From NCBI GenBank assembly GCA_003141525.1, contig PLML01000004.1, forward strand, positions 787-64,786: 64,000 bases of DNA. Reading direction: 5' to 3'. Source of the DNA: Bacteroidales bacterium (GTDB lineage: Bacteria; Bacteroidota; Bacteroidia; Bacteroidales; VadinHA17). Position numbers and translations under genes: made by a program. Below are positions 33,244 through 44,004 of this stretch, one piece after another (position 1 is the stretch's first letter; every line of letters begins with the position of its first letter). The notes below the pieces were generated by a model. That model worked only from the letters and a program-made list of their open reading frames with translations, ran no database searches and was not told the DNA's origin.

Positions 33244-34242
33244 ATGGGCTGCAAAATATCTTACATTGAATCTCACTTGCCAGAAAATATTCTGGATAAT
33301 GAACAACTATCTAAAGAATTTCCTGAATGGGATGCTGCAAAAATAAGTGAAAAAATAGGTATTAAACAAAGGCGGATAGCAAGTTTTAGTGAGACTGCAA
33401 TGGATCTAGGCATAAAAGCTGCTGAAAAAGTTTTTACGCAATTTGATAAAAATCTAGTTGACTTTGTACTCTTTTGCACACAAAGCCCTGATTATTTACT
33501 CCCGACAAGTGCTTGTATTATTCAGGATAAACTAGGTTTACGGCAAAATATAGGAGCTCTTGATTATAATTTAGGATGTTCCGGTTTTATTTATGGCCTC
33601 CTATTATCAAAAGGGCTTATTAAAATTGGGGCAGCACAGCATGTACTTCTTATAACTTCCGAAACCTACTCTAAGCATTTAAATGTTAGAGATAAAGCTA
33701 ATCGTAGCATCTTTGGTGACGGTGCCGCAGCTACAATAATTTCTAAAAGCGATCAAGACTATATTTTGGAGTTTGAGGTAGGCACAGATGGATCAGGAAT
33801 GAATAACCTTATAGTTTCAAACGGAGCATTCAGAAATAAATATGAGGAGCCAGAAACAGATATATTTGAGAATGGTGCTTTTGTAAGAAACAATAATAAT
33901 CTTTATATGAATGGCCCGGAAATTTTCAATTTTACTCTTGGAAAAATACCTCCTTTAGTTAAAAATGTTCTCCAAAAAAATGAGAGTACAATAGAATCCA
34001 TAGATTATTTTGTTTTTCACCAGGCCAATAAATACATGCTCGATTATTTGAGGAAAAAAATTAAAATTCCTGAAAACAAGTTTTATCAAAATATGGAATA
34101 TACGGGGAATACTGTATCTGCAACTATTCCAATTGCACTTGCAGACTGCTTAACAAAAAAAATAATTAAACCAGGAGATAAAGTATTATTGGCAGGTTTT
34201 GGTGTTGGTTACTCCTGGGGAGCTACCATTTTAAAATTTTAA
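33244..34242 (+). CDS. KAS III (FabH-like) 3-oxoacyl-ACP synthase
   Basis: The Cys-His-Asn triad context is GCSGFIYGL, FHQANKYM and GNTVSATIP. Confidence 0.85.
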   Translation: MGCKISYIESHLPENILDNEQLSKEFPEWDAAKISEKIGIKQRRIASFSETAMDLGIKAAEKVFTQFDKNLVDFVLFCTQSPDYLLPTSACIIQDKLGLRQNIGALDYNLGCSGFIYGLLLSKGLIKIGAAQHVLLITSETYSKHLNVRDKANRSIFGDGAAATIISKSDQDYILEFEVGTDGSGMNNLIVSNGAFRNKYEEPETDIFENGAFVRNNNNLYMNGPEIFNFTLGKIPPLVKNVLQKNESTIESIDYFVFHQANKYMLDYLRKKIKIPENKFYQNMEYTGNTVSATIPIALADCLTKKIIKPGDKVLLAGFGVGYSWGATILKF

Positions 34243-34260
34243 CTATAATTACAGCTGAAA

Positions 34261-34479
34261 ATGGAAAAGACTAAATTCTTCAATGAATTGAAAGAGACAC
34301 TAGAACTGGATGGCAAAATAAATGAAAAAACTTCAATAAACCTTTCATCTCTGGCTGTTTTGAGTCTCATTGTATTTATTGATGAAAATTTTAACAAACA
34401 GATTAGTGCAGCTGAACTAAAAAAAGTTGTTACAGTCAATGACTTAATTGTGTTAATTGGTACTGAAAACTTAATATAA
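34261..34479 (+). CDS. acyl carrier protein-like
   Basis: 72 aa between FabH and FabG homologs. INLSSLAVLSLIVFIDENF is an ACP-like helix II with a serine. Confidence 0.6.
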   Translation: MEKTKFFNELKETLELDGKINEKTSINLSSLAVLSLIVFIDENFNKQISAAELKKVVTVNDLIVLIGTENLI

Positions 34480-34497
34480 TTTTGCAATTTCTAATAA

Positions 34498-35259
34498 ATG
34501 AATCCATTTACTCTGGAAGGTAAAAAAATATTAATCACCGGAGCCTCATCAGGCATTGGGAAGCAATGTGCCATTAGCTGCAGCCAAATGGGGGCAATTG
34601 TAATACTTATTGGCCGGAACGAAGAAAAACTTATAAAAACAATGGCGCTTCTTTCTAAAGGAGATCACCAATACTATGTTTTTGATGTTACTAATTATCC
34701 TGAAATAGAAAGTATTGTAAAAGAAGCTGTTGACAAAACAGGTAAAATCTCAGGATTTATTTATAGTGCCGGTATTGAAATTCCCATGCCTCTGAATGTT
34801 ACCCAACCTGAACATTACGAAGCTCTTTTTGCAACTAATGTAATAGCAGGTTTTGAATTTGCAAAAATTCTATCCAAAAAAAAATACTCGGATGAATCAG
34901 GAAGTAGTTTTGTATTTATTGCTTCTATAATGAGTACTGTAGGTGATTCCTCTCTATCAGGATACTCTGCATCAAAAGGAGCAATTGTTGCAGGCATAAG
35001 ATCTATTGCTCTGGAATTGGCAAATAAAAAAATCAGGGTTAATGCAATTTCCCCGGCTCAAATATCCGATACAAAAATGACTTCCAACAAGTTTTCCCTC
35101 TTGAATAAGGAAGATATTGATAAAATATATGATAGGCATCCATTGGGTTTGGGAAGTGCTGAAGATGTTGCAAATGGATGTGTATACTTATTGTCGGATG
35201 CTTCAAAGTGGATAACCGGTACAAACCTGATTATCGATGGAGGATATAGTGCAAAGTAA
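34498..35259 (+). CDS. SDR 3-oxoacyl-ACP reductase (FabG-like)
   Basis: ITGASSGIG, YSASKGA (YxxxK) and NAISPA. Confidence 0.85.
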   Translation: MNPFTLEGKKILITGASSGIGKQCAISCSQMGAIVILIGRNEEKLIKTMALLSKGDHQYYVFDVTNYPEIESIVKEAVDKTGKISGFIYSAGIEIPMPLNVTQPEHYEALFATNVIAGFEFAKILSKKKYSDESGSSFVFIASIMSTVGDSSLSGYSASKGAIVAGIRSIALELANKKIRVNAISPAQISDTKMTSNKFSLLNKEDIDKIYDRHPLGLGSAEDVANGCVYLLSDASKWITGTNLIIDGGYSAK

Positions 35260-35890
35260 ACGGAATTTGTATATCATTGGAGCATCTCATTTTGGCAGGG
35301 AAATGGAGGGCTGGCTTGATCTTGTTCCGGAAAATGAAAGAGATTGGGAATTTAAAGGATTCTTACATACATATCAGGGTATTACACCTCTTGAAAAATA
35401 TCCATCTGATTATTCAATATTAGGGAACTGGGAAGACTATCCTTTATCAAAAGATGATTATTGTATTATTTCAGTTACAAACTGTGACTGGAAAGAAAAA
35501 ATATATAGTCATTTAAAAGACAAGACAACATTTTTTACTTATACAGCACCAAGTGCAATAGTTGGCAAGTATAATATTATAGAAGAGGGATGTATTATTT
35601 GTCCTAATTGTGTGGTTACCACCAATGTCTATTTAGGTAAGTGTACAACGTTAAATATTGGAACCCAAATTGGCCACGATTCCACAATAGGCAATTTTTC
35701 GTCTTTAATGCCAGGTGTTGATTTAGGAGGACATGTAATAATTGGGAAGAAAGTATTTATTGGTACCAAGGCAACAATAATTCCTAAAATCGAAATTGAA
35801 GATAATTCAATAGTTGGAGCTGGTAGTGTTGTAATAAGAAAAGTAAAAAGCAAAACGACGGTATTTGGAAATCCCGCAAAAGTCATATAA
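35237..35890 (+). CDS. NeuD/PglB-family sugar N-acyltransferase
   Basis: The N-terminus is a Rossmann-like LYIIGASHFGRE. The C-terminus has hexapeptide repeats (IGHDSTIGNFSSLMPGVDLGGHVIIGKKVFIGTKATI). Confidence 0.75.
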   Translation: MEDIVQSKRNLYIIGASHFGREMEGWLDLVPENERDWEFKGFLHTYQGITPLEKYPSDYSILGNWEDYPLSKDDYCIISVTNCDWKEKIYSHLKDKTTFFTYTAPSAIVGKYNIIEEGCIICPNCVVTTNVYLGKCTTLNIGTQIGHDSTIGNFSSLMPGVDLGGHVIIGKKVFIGTKATIIPKIEIEDNSIVGAGSVVIRKVKSKTTVFGNPAKVI

Positions 35891-36883
35891 ATGACAATAG
35901 AAGAAACTAAAAGGGATAAAGTGATGGTGAGTGTTTGTATGATTACTTATAATCATGAGAATTTCATTCATGAGGCTATAGAAGGTGTACTAACCCAAAA
36001 ATGTAATTTCCCAATTGAATTAATGATTGGTGAAGATTGTAGCAATGATAAAACTAGGCAGATATGTCTGGAATATGCATCAAAGTATTCTGAAATTAGC
36101 TTATTGCCATCTGAATCCAATTTAGGTATGATGGCTAACTTTATTCGAACTTTACAAGTAAGTACAGGTAAATACATTGCTTTATGCGAAGGCGACGACT
36201 ACTGGACCGACCCATATAAGCTGCAAAAACAAGTGGATTTTTTGGAGGCTAATGAGGATTATGTTTTATGTACACATAGTGTAGATGAACTAGACGAAAA
36301 CAATAAATTTATTCGTATTCTAAAACCAGATTTCATTAAGAATGAATATACATATAGAGACTTAAATATAAATTTAACAATATGGACTTGTTCAGTTGTA
36401 TTTAGAAATTGTATTAAGGAAATGCCCAAATGGTTAAATTCACTCCCGGCTGGAGATTTTCCATTATGGCTTCTTTTATCAAAATACGGAGGCATAAAAT
36501 ATCTTGATGAAACAATGAGCGTTTATCGAAATAACAATTCTGGGGTACACTCCTCTTTATCAAGAACAAAAAAAATAATAAACGGGTTGGTTTTGGTAAA
36601 AAAGGTGAAAATATATTTCCCCTTAGAATATCAAGATTTTTTTAAAGAGCACAATAAATTATATCTAAATTTTCTTTCGAATGAAATTAATGAGTTGAGT
36701 AGTCAGGAGAAATACAGTGAAGCTCGTAAATCCATATTTTTAATGCTAAAATATGACATTACGCTTAAAAGTCTTCAATTCCCAAAATTTAAAGTAATGG
36801 TTAATATTATTATTGGAAATAAATTATGGCTGTTTTTGATGGGATTAAAAGGGAAGCGTAAACTAAAAAAAATCATTAATTAA
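35891..36883 (+). CDS. GT2 family glycosyltransferase
   Basis: VSVCMITYNHENFIHEAIEGVLTQ, GEDCSNDKT and CEGDDYW. Confidence 0.8.
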   Translation: MTIEETKRDKVMVSVCMITYNHENFIHEAIEGVLTQKCNFPIELMIGEDCSNDKTRQICLEYASKYSEISLLPSESNLGMMANFIRTLQVSTGKYIALCEGDDYWTDPYKLQKQVDFLEANEDYVLCTHSVDELDENNKFIRILKPDFIKNEYTYRDLNINLTIWTCSVVFRNCIKEMPKWLNSLPAGDFPLWLLLSKYGGIKYLDETMSVYRNNNSGVHSSLSRTKKIINGLVLVKKVKIYFPLEYQDFFKEHNKLYLNFLSNEINELSSQEKYSEARKSIFLMLKYDITLKSLQFPKFKVMVNIIIGNKLWLFLMGLKGKRKLKKIIN

Positions 36884-37043
36884 ATATTGTCACTTTTCTT
36901 TGGATGAAACAGTTGGGAATCACAAACTAGAAAAATAAATTAAATAAAAATTGCTATATAGTATCATTTTATTAGGTACTTCGATAATTTTAAATTAGAC
37001 AATACTCACAGGTTCTTCACTGCTGAACTCGCAAAAATGAATT

Positions 37044-38198
37044 ATGCGAAAAGCAACATCCATGAATAATATTATTCTGGTTTCTCATGCATCAAATCTG
37101 AATGGTGCCGAACGTTGTTTTATTGAAACGATTCAAGCTTTACAAATTGCTTTTCCTGAAATAAAAATATTTTGTGTCTTTCCCAAAGATGGAGCTTTAA
37201 TAGGACTTTGCAAACCTTTTATTGATGGTTTTAAAATTATTGATTTACCCTGGTGGATAACCGGGAAGAATAAACTTACTCTTGGAGAAAAATTCAGGAA
37301 TCTAAGGAGAATATTCTACTCAGTAAACGAGCTTATAAAATACTTCAGACAGGTCAAAACTGATCTTGTAATTTCAAATACCATGGTGATAGTAACTCCT
37401 TCAATAGCAGCTAGGGTATTAGGTGTTACTCATGTTTGGTATGTACATGAGCTTGGAAAGGAGGATCATGGATATAGCTTCTTTTTTGGGGAATACATCA
37501 CTAAAAAAATAATTGGTTTGTTTTCCAGATTAATTTTAGTCAACTCCTGGTTTGTTTATTCCAGATATAAAAATGTAATAAACAATAGAAAGTTAAAAAC
37601 GATATATCAGCCTGTTGAAATACATAATAATAGAGTACAGCATATTAAAAAAACAAGCGATTTAGTTCTCATCATGGTCGGAAGATTTGCTCCGGGTAAA
37701 GGCCAATATGAAGCCATCGATGCTCTAAAGGAACTTATTAACCAGGGCGAAGAAATGAGCCTTTTACTGGTGGGAGCCATTAAAGATGAGTATGATCAAA
37801 GAATTAAAGAGTACATTAAAGAGAATGATTTGGATTCAAAAATCAGTATTATTGACTTTACTTCAAATCCCGAAGTTTATTATGAAAGGGCCGACATTGC
37901 TCTGATCTGTTCAAAAAATGAAGCCTTTGGGCGAATTACTATAGAAGCAATGAAATATGGACTACCTATAATTGCTTCAAATGCCGGTGCTAATACTGAA
38001 TTAATAAATGATGGATTCAATGGGCTTTATTATGAGCCTGGAAGCAGCCATGATTTAGCAGAAAAGATCTTGGTTTTGAAAGATATTCGATTAAGAAAAA
38101 AAATTGGAAAGAATGCTCTTAAATGGGCAAATGAAAAATTCAATTTAGAACAATATGCTGAAGATTTAGGAAATTCAATATTAGCGATTCTTCAATAA
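37044..38198 (+). CDS. GT4 glycosyltransferase
   Basis: ALICSKNEAFGRITIEAMKYGLPIIASNAGANTELI. Confidence 0.8.
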   Translation: MRKATSMNNIILVSHASNLNGAERCFIETIQALQIAFPEIKIFCVFPKDGALIGLCKPFIDGFKIIDLPWWITGKNKLTLGEKFRNLRRIFYSVNELIKYFRQVKTDLVISNTMVIVTPSIAARVLGVTHVWYVHELGKEDHGYSFFFGEYITKKIIGLFSRLILVNSWFVYSRYKNVINNRKLKTIYQPVEIHNNRVQHIKKTSDLVLIMVGRFAPGKGQYEAIDALKELINQGEEMSLLLVGAIKDEYDQRIKEYIKENDLDSKISIIDFTSNPEVYYERADIALICSKNEAFGRITIEAMKYGLPIIASNAGANTELINDGFNGLYYEPGSSHDLAEKILVLKDIRLRKKIGKNALKWANEKFNLEQYAEDLGNSILAILQ

Positions 38199-39226
38199 TG
38201 AATCTCGTTTTCACTATCTGTTCAAATAACTATCTTGCACAAGCAATCTCACTTGGAGCTTCTCTACTTAAGCACAATCCCGGTTATATTTTTAAAATAT
38301 GTCTTGTTGACAGAAAAAATGAGTTGATTCAATATGATCAAATACCTTATGAGTTGGTTGAAGTTGAAAAAATTGGAATTTCTTCTTTTGACGACATGTT
38401 TAGACGGTATAACATAACTGAGTTCAACACAGCAGTAAAACCTTTTTATTTTCAGTATTTTTTTAATAAACTATTAACAATTACAAATATTATTTATCTC
38501 GATCCTGATATTTTAGTTTATAGTCCTTTTACCGAACTGGATAAGGTTCTGGAAGAAAATGAGATAGTGATAACACCTCATTTTACGACACCAATAAATG
38601 ACGATAAATTTCAGGCAGAGAACGATTTTCTTAATTCAGGTCTTTATAACCTTGGTTTCCTGGCATTGAAGCGTAGCATTGAATCTGACAGTTTTTTGGA
38701 ATGGTGGGCAGCCAGGCTAACCAAAAAAGCCTATATCAACTTTGCCAAAGGAATGTTTACTGATCAGCTTTGGATAAATTTTGCTCCATTGTTTTTCGAA
38801 AAAGTTCATATATTTCGCCATCCGGGTTATAACATGGCCTATTGGAATCTGCATGAAAGGGTTCTTAATAATTCAGATTCCACTTATATTGTTAATAAGA
38901 AATTTCCATTAGTATTTTTCCATTTTAGCGGCTACGATCCTTTAATTCCTCAGATATTGTCTAAATATCAAAATAGGTTTTCTTTGAATCAAAGAACAGA
39001 TATTCAATCACTTTTCGAAAATTATTCTTATGTTTTAATTAGAAATAACTTTAAAAGTTTCTCAAGAATTCAATGCTACTTTGAGAAGACTAAACAAGAA
39101 GATGATAAACAAACCTTAAAAAATAATATAAGAAAAATACCATTATTAAAAAGAGCAATTCGGAAAATAATTCTTAAAATAATATCCATATTAAATATTG
39201 AAATGGATTATTCTAAAATGGCATAA
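38198..39226 (+). CDS. GT-A fold, GT8-like nucleotide-diphospho-sugar transferase (tentative)
   Basis: LVFTICSNNYLAQAISLGASL and IIYLDPDILVY (DxD) resemble GT8-like enzymes. Confidence 0.4.
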   Translation: MNLVFTICSNNYLAQAISLGASLLKHNPGYIFKICLVDRKNELIQYDQIPYELVEVEKIGISSFDDMFRRYNITEFNTAVKPFYFQYFFNKLLTITNIIYLDPDILVYSPFTELDKVLEENEIVITPHFTTPINDDKFQAENDFLNSGLYNLGFLALKRSIESDSFLEWWAARLTKKAYINFAKGMFTDQLWINFAPLFFEKVHIFRHPGYNMAYWNLHERVLNNSDSTYIVNKKFPLVFFHFSGYDPLIPQILSKYQNRFSLNQRTDIQSLFENYSYVLIRNNFKSFSRIQCYFEKTKQEDDKQTLKNNIRKIPLLKRAIRKIILKIISILNIEMDYSKMA

Positions 39227-39372
39227 TTTATATAAAGCTGTTTATGTTTAGATATTATACAGCAAAATTAACGATTAAATACAACCAGTTGTAAAATAAA
39301 AGAATCATGAAAATTTCGGTCTTTAAGATATTAATAGGAGAGACTTTAATAATAATCTAAATTTTATGTTCA

Positions 39373-41436
39373 ATGATTGGGCTTTTTCTTATTATTATTA
39401 ATTCTGCTCTCCTTTACAATTTAATACTTCAAAATTTAAGTGGTAGCTGGCATTATAAGATCCGGGAATCTATTCTGATTTATCTACTAATAAATACTGC
39501 ATTAGTATTTATAACTACAGAAGTATTATCAATATTTAATTTAATAAAAAGTAATGCATTTCTGCTTGAACAATTTTTTCTCCTTATCATTTTCATTATT
39601 TTCTCAATAAAGAAATTTAATTATCAATCAGTTAAACTATCCAAAGAAATTAGATTCATTTTCTTATCAACTATAATTACTATCGTAATTCCAGTCTTTA
39701 TTACATCCTTTTTTTATGCTCCCAATAATTGGGATTCATACACCTGCTGGTTAGCCAGAGTTGAGAATTGGATACAAAATGGTAGTATTAATTATTACCC
39801 TACAAATTTTGACCTGCAAAATTCACATCAACCATTATCATCTTTCATTTTTTTATTTGTAAGAATACTTACAAATAATGATTATTATCTAAATATTATT
39901 CAATTTTTCTTTTTGCTTGGCATTTCATCCGGAGTGTCCTTAATAGTATCAGTATACAATGGAAATAAATGGGCTCAAATCATTTCATTTATATTGTGTT
40001 TAACACTTTCATCGGCAATCTTACAAGCAAATGTCGTGAAGAACGATATTATTGTTTCATTCTACTTTATTGTTTTTTTATATTATTTAATTAAAATAGC
40101 ATACGTTAAATATAGCTTTTATAGTTTAGTCTTTTTAGCATTAGGAATTTCCTTTTCATTACTAACAAAGCTGACAGTATTACCATTTATAATAGTCTTT
40201 GTATTCTATTTCTTATTCAAAATATTCAGAGAATATAAAATTCAAAAAATCCTATTCTTCATTTTAATTATTGGTTCAATATTTTTAATTACTAATGGGC
40301 CTTATTATTATAGAAATTATTCTTATTTCAATAATATTTTAGGTAACACTGTTTATAAAGAAGATAGAAGTATAGTAGATGAAATGAGAGGTAAGAGCCA
40401 AATAAATATTTTTATTAGAGCCGCGTCTGTAATTTCAAAATATATAGGATGGCAATTTTCTACTTCATTTAAATTGATAAACAGAAATAATGAAATTCTT
40501 ATAGAAAAATTTCATTCAAAAATATTAAAAATAGATATAAATGAAACAAATCACGGAAGTTATAAACTTCTCGTACGCAATTATCAGGAAGATGTTGCGA
40601 ATAATTTGGCATATAGTATTTTATTTTGTTTTAGTTTATTTCTATTTTATAAGAAAAGGGCATTACATAAAGGCATATTAGAAATCTTGTTTTTATGTAT
40701 TATCTCGTTTATTCTATTTGTTTTTCTTTTCCCGGTATGGGACCCAGGCAGAAGCAGGTATTTATTGCCACTTTTTTTTGCCACAATTATTTTTTCCTCG
40801 ATATTGATCAGCGGTTTAAAATCTGTATATGTGAAAGCCACAATTTATCTTTTTCTTTTGGCCGGATTTATTAATGTTTCATTATGCACATATAGGCCAT
40901 TATTTAATTTTTATTATTTCAATAATCATATAAAATTAATTTTAGAAACAATTCCAAATAGATTTTCAGACACTGCACTAATTGATTCTTTAGTTGCAAC
41001 TGACTATAATTGCCCTATTACTAAAGGCTATATTAAAGAAAATAATAAATGGGTAATTAAAAACAATAATAATACAACGGATAAAAAATGTATTTTTCAA
41101 TACTTAAAATCTCAAGGTATAATATCAACACTCAAATACTTTGATAGAGAAAAAAGTTACTTAGCTAATGACCCACAATTTTATGCAATGATCGATACTA
41201 TTAAGAGATATAATTTTAAAAAAATAGCACTTTTCACTTCTCCTGATTTTCTCGAATACTCTTTATGGGTTAAACTCAACGCCTTCAAACTTAAATATAA
41301 AATACGAAGTCTGACAGATAAATCTTTTTCTGATTATGATTGTATTATTGTGTTCGAAAAAGATGCCAGCAATCTTGATTGGTATAATTCAAAAAGATTA
41401 AAGTTTGGCAAACTTACATTGTTAAAAAGCATATAA
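39373..41436 (+). CDS. large polytopic membrane protein, GT-C-like (ArnT/PMT-type) glycosyltransferase candidate
   Basis: 687 aa with about 12 or more hydrophobic segments followed by a soluble C-terminal domain. It is adjacent to a polyprenol-phosphate-sugar-synthase-like GT2. Confidence 0.45.
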   Translation: MIGLFLIIINSALLYNLILQNLSGSWHYKIRESILIYLLINTALVFITTEVLSIFNLIKSNAFLLEQFFLLIIFIIFSIKKFNYQSVKLSKEIRFIFLSTIITIVIPVFITSFFYAPNNWDSYTCWLARVENWIQNGSINYYPTNFDLQNSHQPLSSFIFLFVRILTNNDYYLNIIQFFFLLGISSGVSLIVSVYNGNKWAQIISFILCLTLSSAILQANVVKNDIIVSFYFIVFLYYLIKIAYVKYSFYSLVFLALGISFSLLTKLTVLPFIIVFVFYFLFKIFREYKIQKILFFILIIGSIFLITNGPYYYRNYSYFNNILGNTVYKEDRSIVDEMRGKSQINIFIRAASVISKYIGWQFSTSFKLINRNNEILIEKFHSKILKIDINETNHGSYKLLVRNYQEDVANNLAYSILFCFSLFLFYKKRALHKGILEILFLCIISFILFVFLFPVWDPGRSRYLLPLFFATIIFSSILISGLKSVYVKATIYLFLLAGFINVSLCTYRPLFNFYYFNNHIKLILETIPNRFSDTALIDSLVATDYNCPITKGYIKENNKWVIKNNNNTTDKKCIFQYLKSQGIISTLKYFDREKSYLANDPQFYAMIDTIKRYNFKKIALFTSPDFLEYSLWVKLNAFKLKYKIRSLTDKSFSDYDCIIVFEKDASNLDWYNSKRLKFGKLTLLKSI

Positions 41437-41437
41437 T

Positions 41438-42592
41438 ATGGAGTTAACGATTTTGATGCCATGCTTAAATGAAGAAAAGACAATAGCGACTTGTATTCGG
41501 AAAGCTATTAATTTCTTATCTGCTAATGAAATTGAAGGAGAAGTTTTAATAGCGGATAATGGAAGTAAAGATAGATCAGTAGAAATATCCAAAAAGTTAG
41601 GAGCCAGGGTAATTGAAATTAGTGAAAAAGGATACGGAAATGCATTATATAAAGGTATTCAGGCTGCCAAAGGGAAATATGTTATTATGGGTGATTCTGA
41701 TGATAGTTATGATTTTTCTAAGCTGATTCCATTTTTAGAGAAACTTCGTGAAGGCACAGATTTTGTAATAGGTAATAGGTTCAAAGGAGGAATAGAAAAG
41801 GGCGCTATGCCATTCTTAAACAGATATATTGGCAACCCCGTTTTGTCATTTATTGGCCGTTTGTTTTTTAAGATAGAAGTTGGTGATTTTCATTGTGGGC
41901 TCCGAGGCTTTTATCGTGATAAAATGCTTTCAATAGGATTAAATACGACAGGGATGGAGTTTGCCTCTGAAATGGTTGTGAAATCAGCAATTTTTAATTT
42001 GACTATAAGTGAAGTCCCTACAACTCTATCAAAAGATGGCCGGGATAGAAAACCTCATCTAAATCCCTGGCGAGATGGCTGGAGACATTTACGCTTCTTA
42101 TTAATATTTAGTCCCAAATGGCTATTCTTATATCCAGGTTTATTAGTATTGTTATTTGGTTTGCTTTTGTCAATTACACTTGCAATAGCTCCATTTAAAC
42201 TTGGGCACATTATTCTTGACATTCATTCACTATTATTTAGTTCTTCATTGGTAATAATAGGATTTCAATTAGTTACATTCTTTGCGTTTACAAAAATATA
42301 TGCAGTAACTCATGGATTGCTTCCGTCCAGTAAAAGATTTAACACAATATTTAAATATTTAAATCTTGAAAGAGGTTTAATTATTGGAATTTGCATAATC
42401 TTTATGGGAATATTTTTAACAATTAAATCTTTTCTTATATGGTATAATGCAGATTTTAAAGAATTAATACCACAAATAGTATTACGTTCCGCTATTCCCG
42501 CTGTTACATTTCTTATTCTGGGTTTTCAGATTATTATTTATAGTTTCTTTTTTAGTATTTTAGGATTAGAGAGTAAAAACCAGAAGACTTGA
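41438..42592 (+). CDS. GT2 with C-terminal TM helices (GtrB/ArnC/DPM1-like polyprenol-phosphate glycosyltransferase)
   Basis: LTILMPCLNEEKTI, ADNGSKDRS and GDSDDSY, followed by four hydrophobic helices. Confidence 0.7.
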   Translation: MELTILMPCLNEEKTIATCIRKAINFLSANEIEGEVLIADNGSKDRSVEISKKLGARVIEISEKGYGNALYKGIQAAKGKYVIMGDSDDSYDFSKLIPFLEKLREGTDFVIGNRFKGGIEKGAMPFLNRYIGNPVLSFIGRLFFKIEVGDFHCGLRGFYRDKMLSIGLNTTGMEFASEMVVKSAIFNLTISEVPTTLSKDGRDRKPHLNPWRDGWRHLRFLLIFSPKWLFLYPGLLVLLFGLLLSITLAIAPFKLGHIILDIHSLLFSSSLVIIGFQLVTFFAFTKIYAVTHGLLPSSKRFNTIFKYLNLERGLIIGICIIFMGIFLTIKSFLIWYNADFKELIPQIVLRSAIPAVTFLILGFQIIIYSFFFSILGLESKNQKT

Positions 42593-43161
42593 AATATTTT
42601 GATAGACTATTACGAGTTTGGCGGTTTAAAAAAGCTGACAAACATGTACCGTATCAATCAACAATACTTGATATAGGTGCATTTGATGGTTATTTTTTCA
42701 GAAAAATCGAATATAAATTAAAGTATGGTATAGGTATCGAACCCTTATTAAATACTGATGTAGTTAGATCAAATAATTATGTTATTTATAAAGATACATT
42801 TCCAGACACAGAAGTTGATTTAACGTCATATCACTTTAATGTGATAACAATGCTTGCTGTTCTCGAACATATCCTCCCGGAAAAGCAGAAGATCTTATCA
42901 AAAAAATGCCACGATTTGTTAACAAATGATGGCATAATAATAATTACTGTGCCATCTAAAATTGTCGATAGAATTATAGATGTCCTTAAATTTTTTAAAG
43001 TTATACACGGGATGTCAGATGAACAACATTACGGTTTTAATCCAAACGAAGTATTCAAGATATTTTGTGAACCCAATTTTACGTTGATTCATACAATCAA
43101 ATTTCAATTAGGCCTTAATAATCTATTTATTTTTAAAAGAAATAATTCAACAACATTATAG
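42589..43161 (+). CDS. class I SAM-dependent methyltransferase
   Basis: ILDIGAFDGYF and ITMLAVLEHI. Confidence 0.55.
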   Translation: MKYFDRLLRVWRFKKADKHVPYQSTILDIGAFDGYFFRKIEYKLKYGIGIEPLLNTDVVRSNNYVIYKDTFPDTEVDLTSYHFNVITMLAVLEHILPEKQKILSKKCHDLLTNDGIIIITVPSKIVDRIIDVLKFFKVIHGMSDEQHYGFNPNEVFKIFCEPNFTLIHTIKFQLGLNNLFIFKRNNSTTL

Positions 43162-43263
43162 TGAGATATTTTCAGTTTCTCCAAATAGTGTATGCCAAAA
43201 TCAAAACGTAGTTCTGGTAAAAAATCGAATTGTAAAGGATCAAATATTACGGTATAGAAATAT

Positions 43264-44004
43264 ATGAAACAAATAATAAAAAAAGCATGCTTAAACTTGA
43301 TACCTTATAAATTCCTTAAAATAATTTCACAATATAGTATTGAAAAGATCTATATTGAGTCAAATAAATTTAAAATAAGTTTTTCTCAACAAGGAGAGGA
43401 TATAATAATTCAGAACTTCTTTGAGAATAAAAATGATGGATTTTATATAGATATTGGTGCATACCACCCCATTAAATACTCAAATACACATGCCTTATAT
43501 CTAAAAGGTTGGAAAGGTATTAATATTGAACCCAATCCAGAATATTTTAATCTTTTCCAATCTATACGTAAGCGGGATTTAAATTTAAATCTTGGTGTTT
43601 CCGATAGAAATGATATGCTAACATTTTATAAATTCAATAATCCTGCAGTTAGTACATTTATGTCTGACCATGCAACAACATGGTCAAAAAAGGAGAATTT
43701 CTTTATAGAACAAACATTACAAATAGAAGTAAGACCTTTGGATGAAATTATTTCAGTTTATAAACCCAATAGCTTAATTATTGATTTAATGAGCATCGAT
43801 TGTGAAGGGATGGATTTCCTGGTATTAAGATCAAACAATTGGGAACTTTACCGACCTAAAATGCTCCTTGTCGAAATGCCTAGTTATGATAATAAGAATT
43901 TTTGCGATAACGAAATATATTTATTCTTAATAGCTAATAATTATACATTGTTTGCAATTTGTGGAATTACTGCAATTTTTATTGATAGTAGAAATGCCGG
44001 ATAG
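43264..44004 (+). CDS. FkbM-family methyltransferase
   Basis: SQQGEDIII...FYIDIGAYHPIKYSNT...GWKGINIEPNP. Confidence 0.7.
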   Translation: MKQIIKKACLNLIPYKFLKIISQYSIEKIYIESNKFKISFSQQGEDIIIQNFFENKNDGFYIDIGAYHPIKYSNTHALYLKGWKGINIEPNPEYFNLFQSIRKRDLNLNLGVSDRNDMLTFYKFNNPAVSTFMSDHATTWSKKENFFIEQTLQIEVRPLDEIISVYKPNSLIIDLMSIDCEGMDFLVLRSNNWELYRPKMLLVEMPSYDNKNFCDNEIYLFLIANNYTLFAICGITAIFIDSRNAG

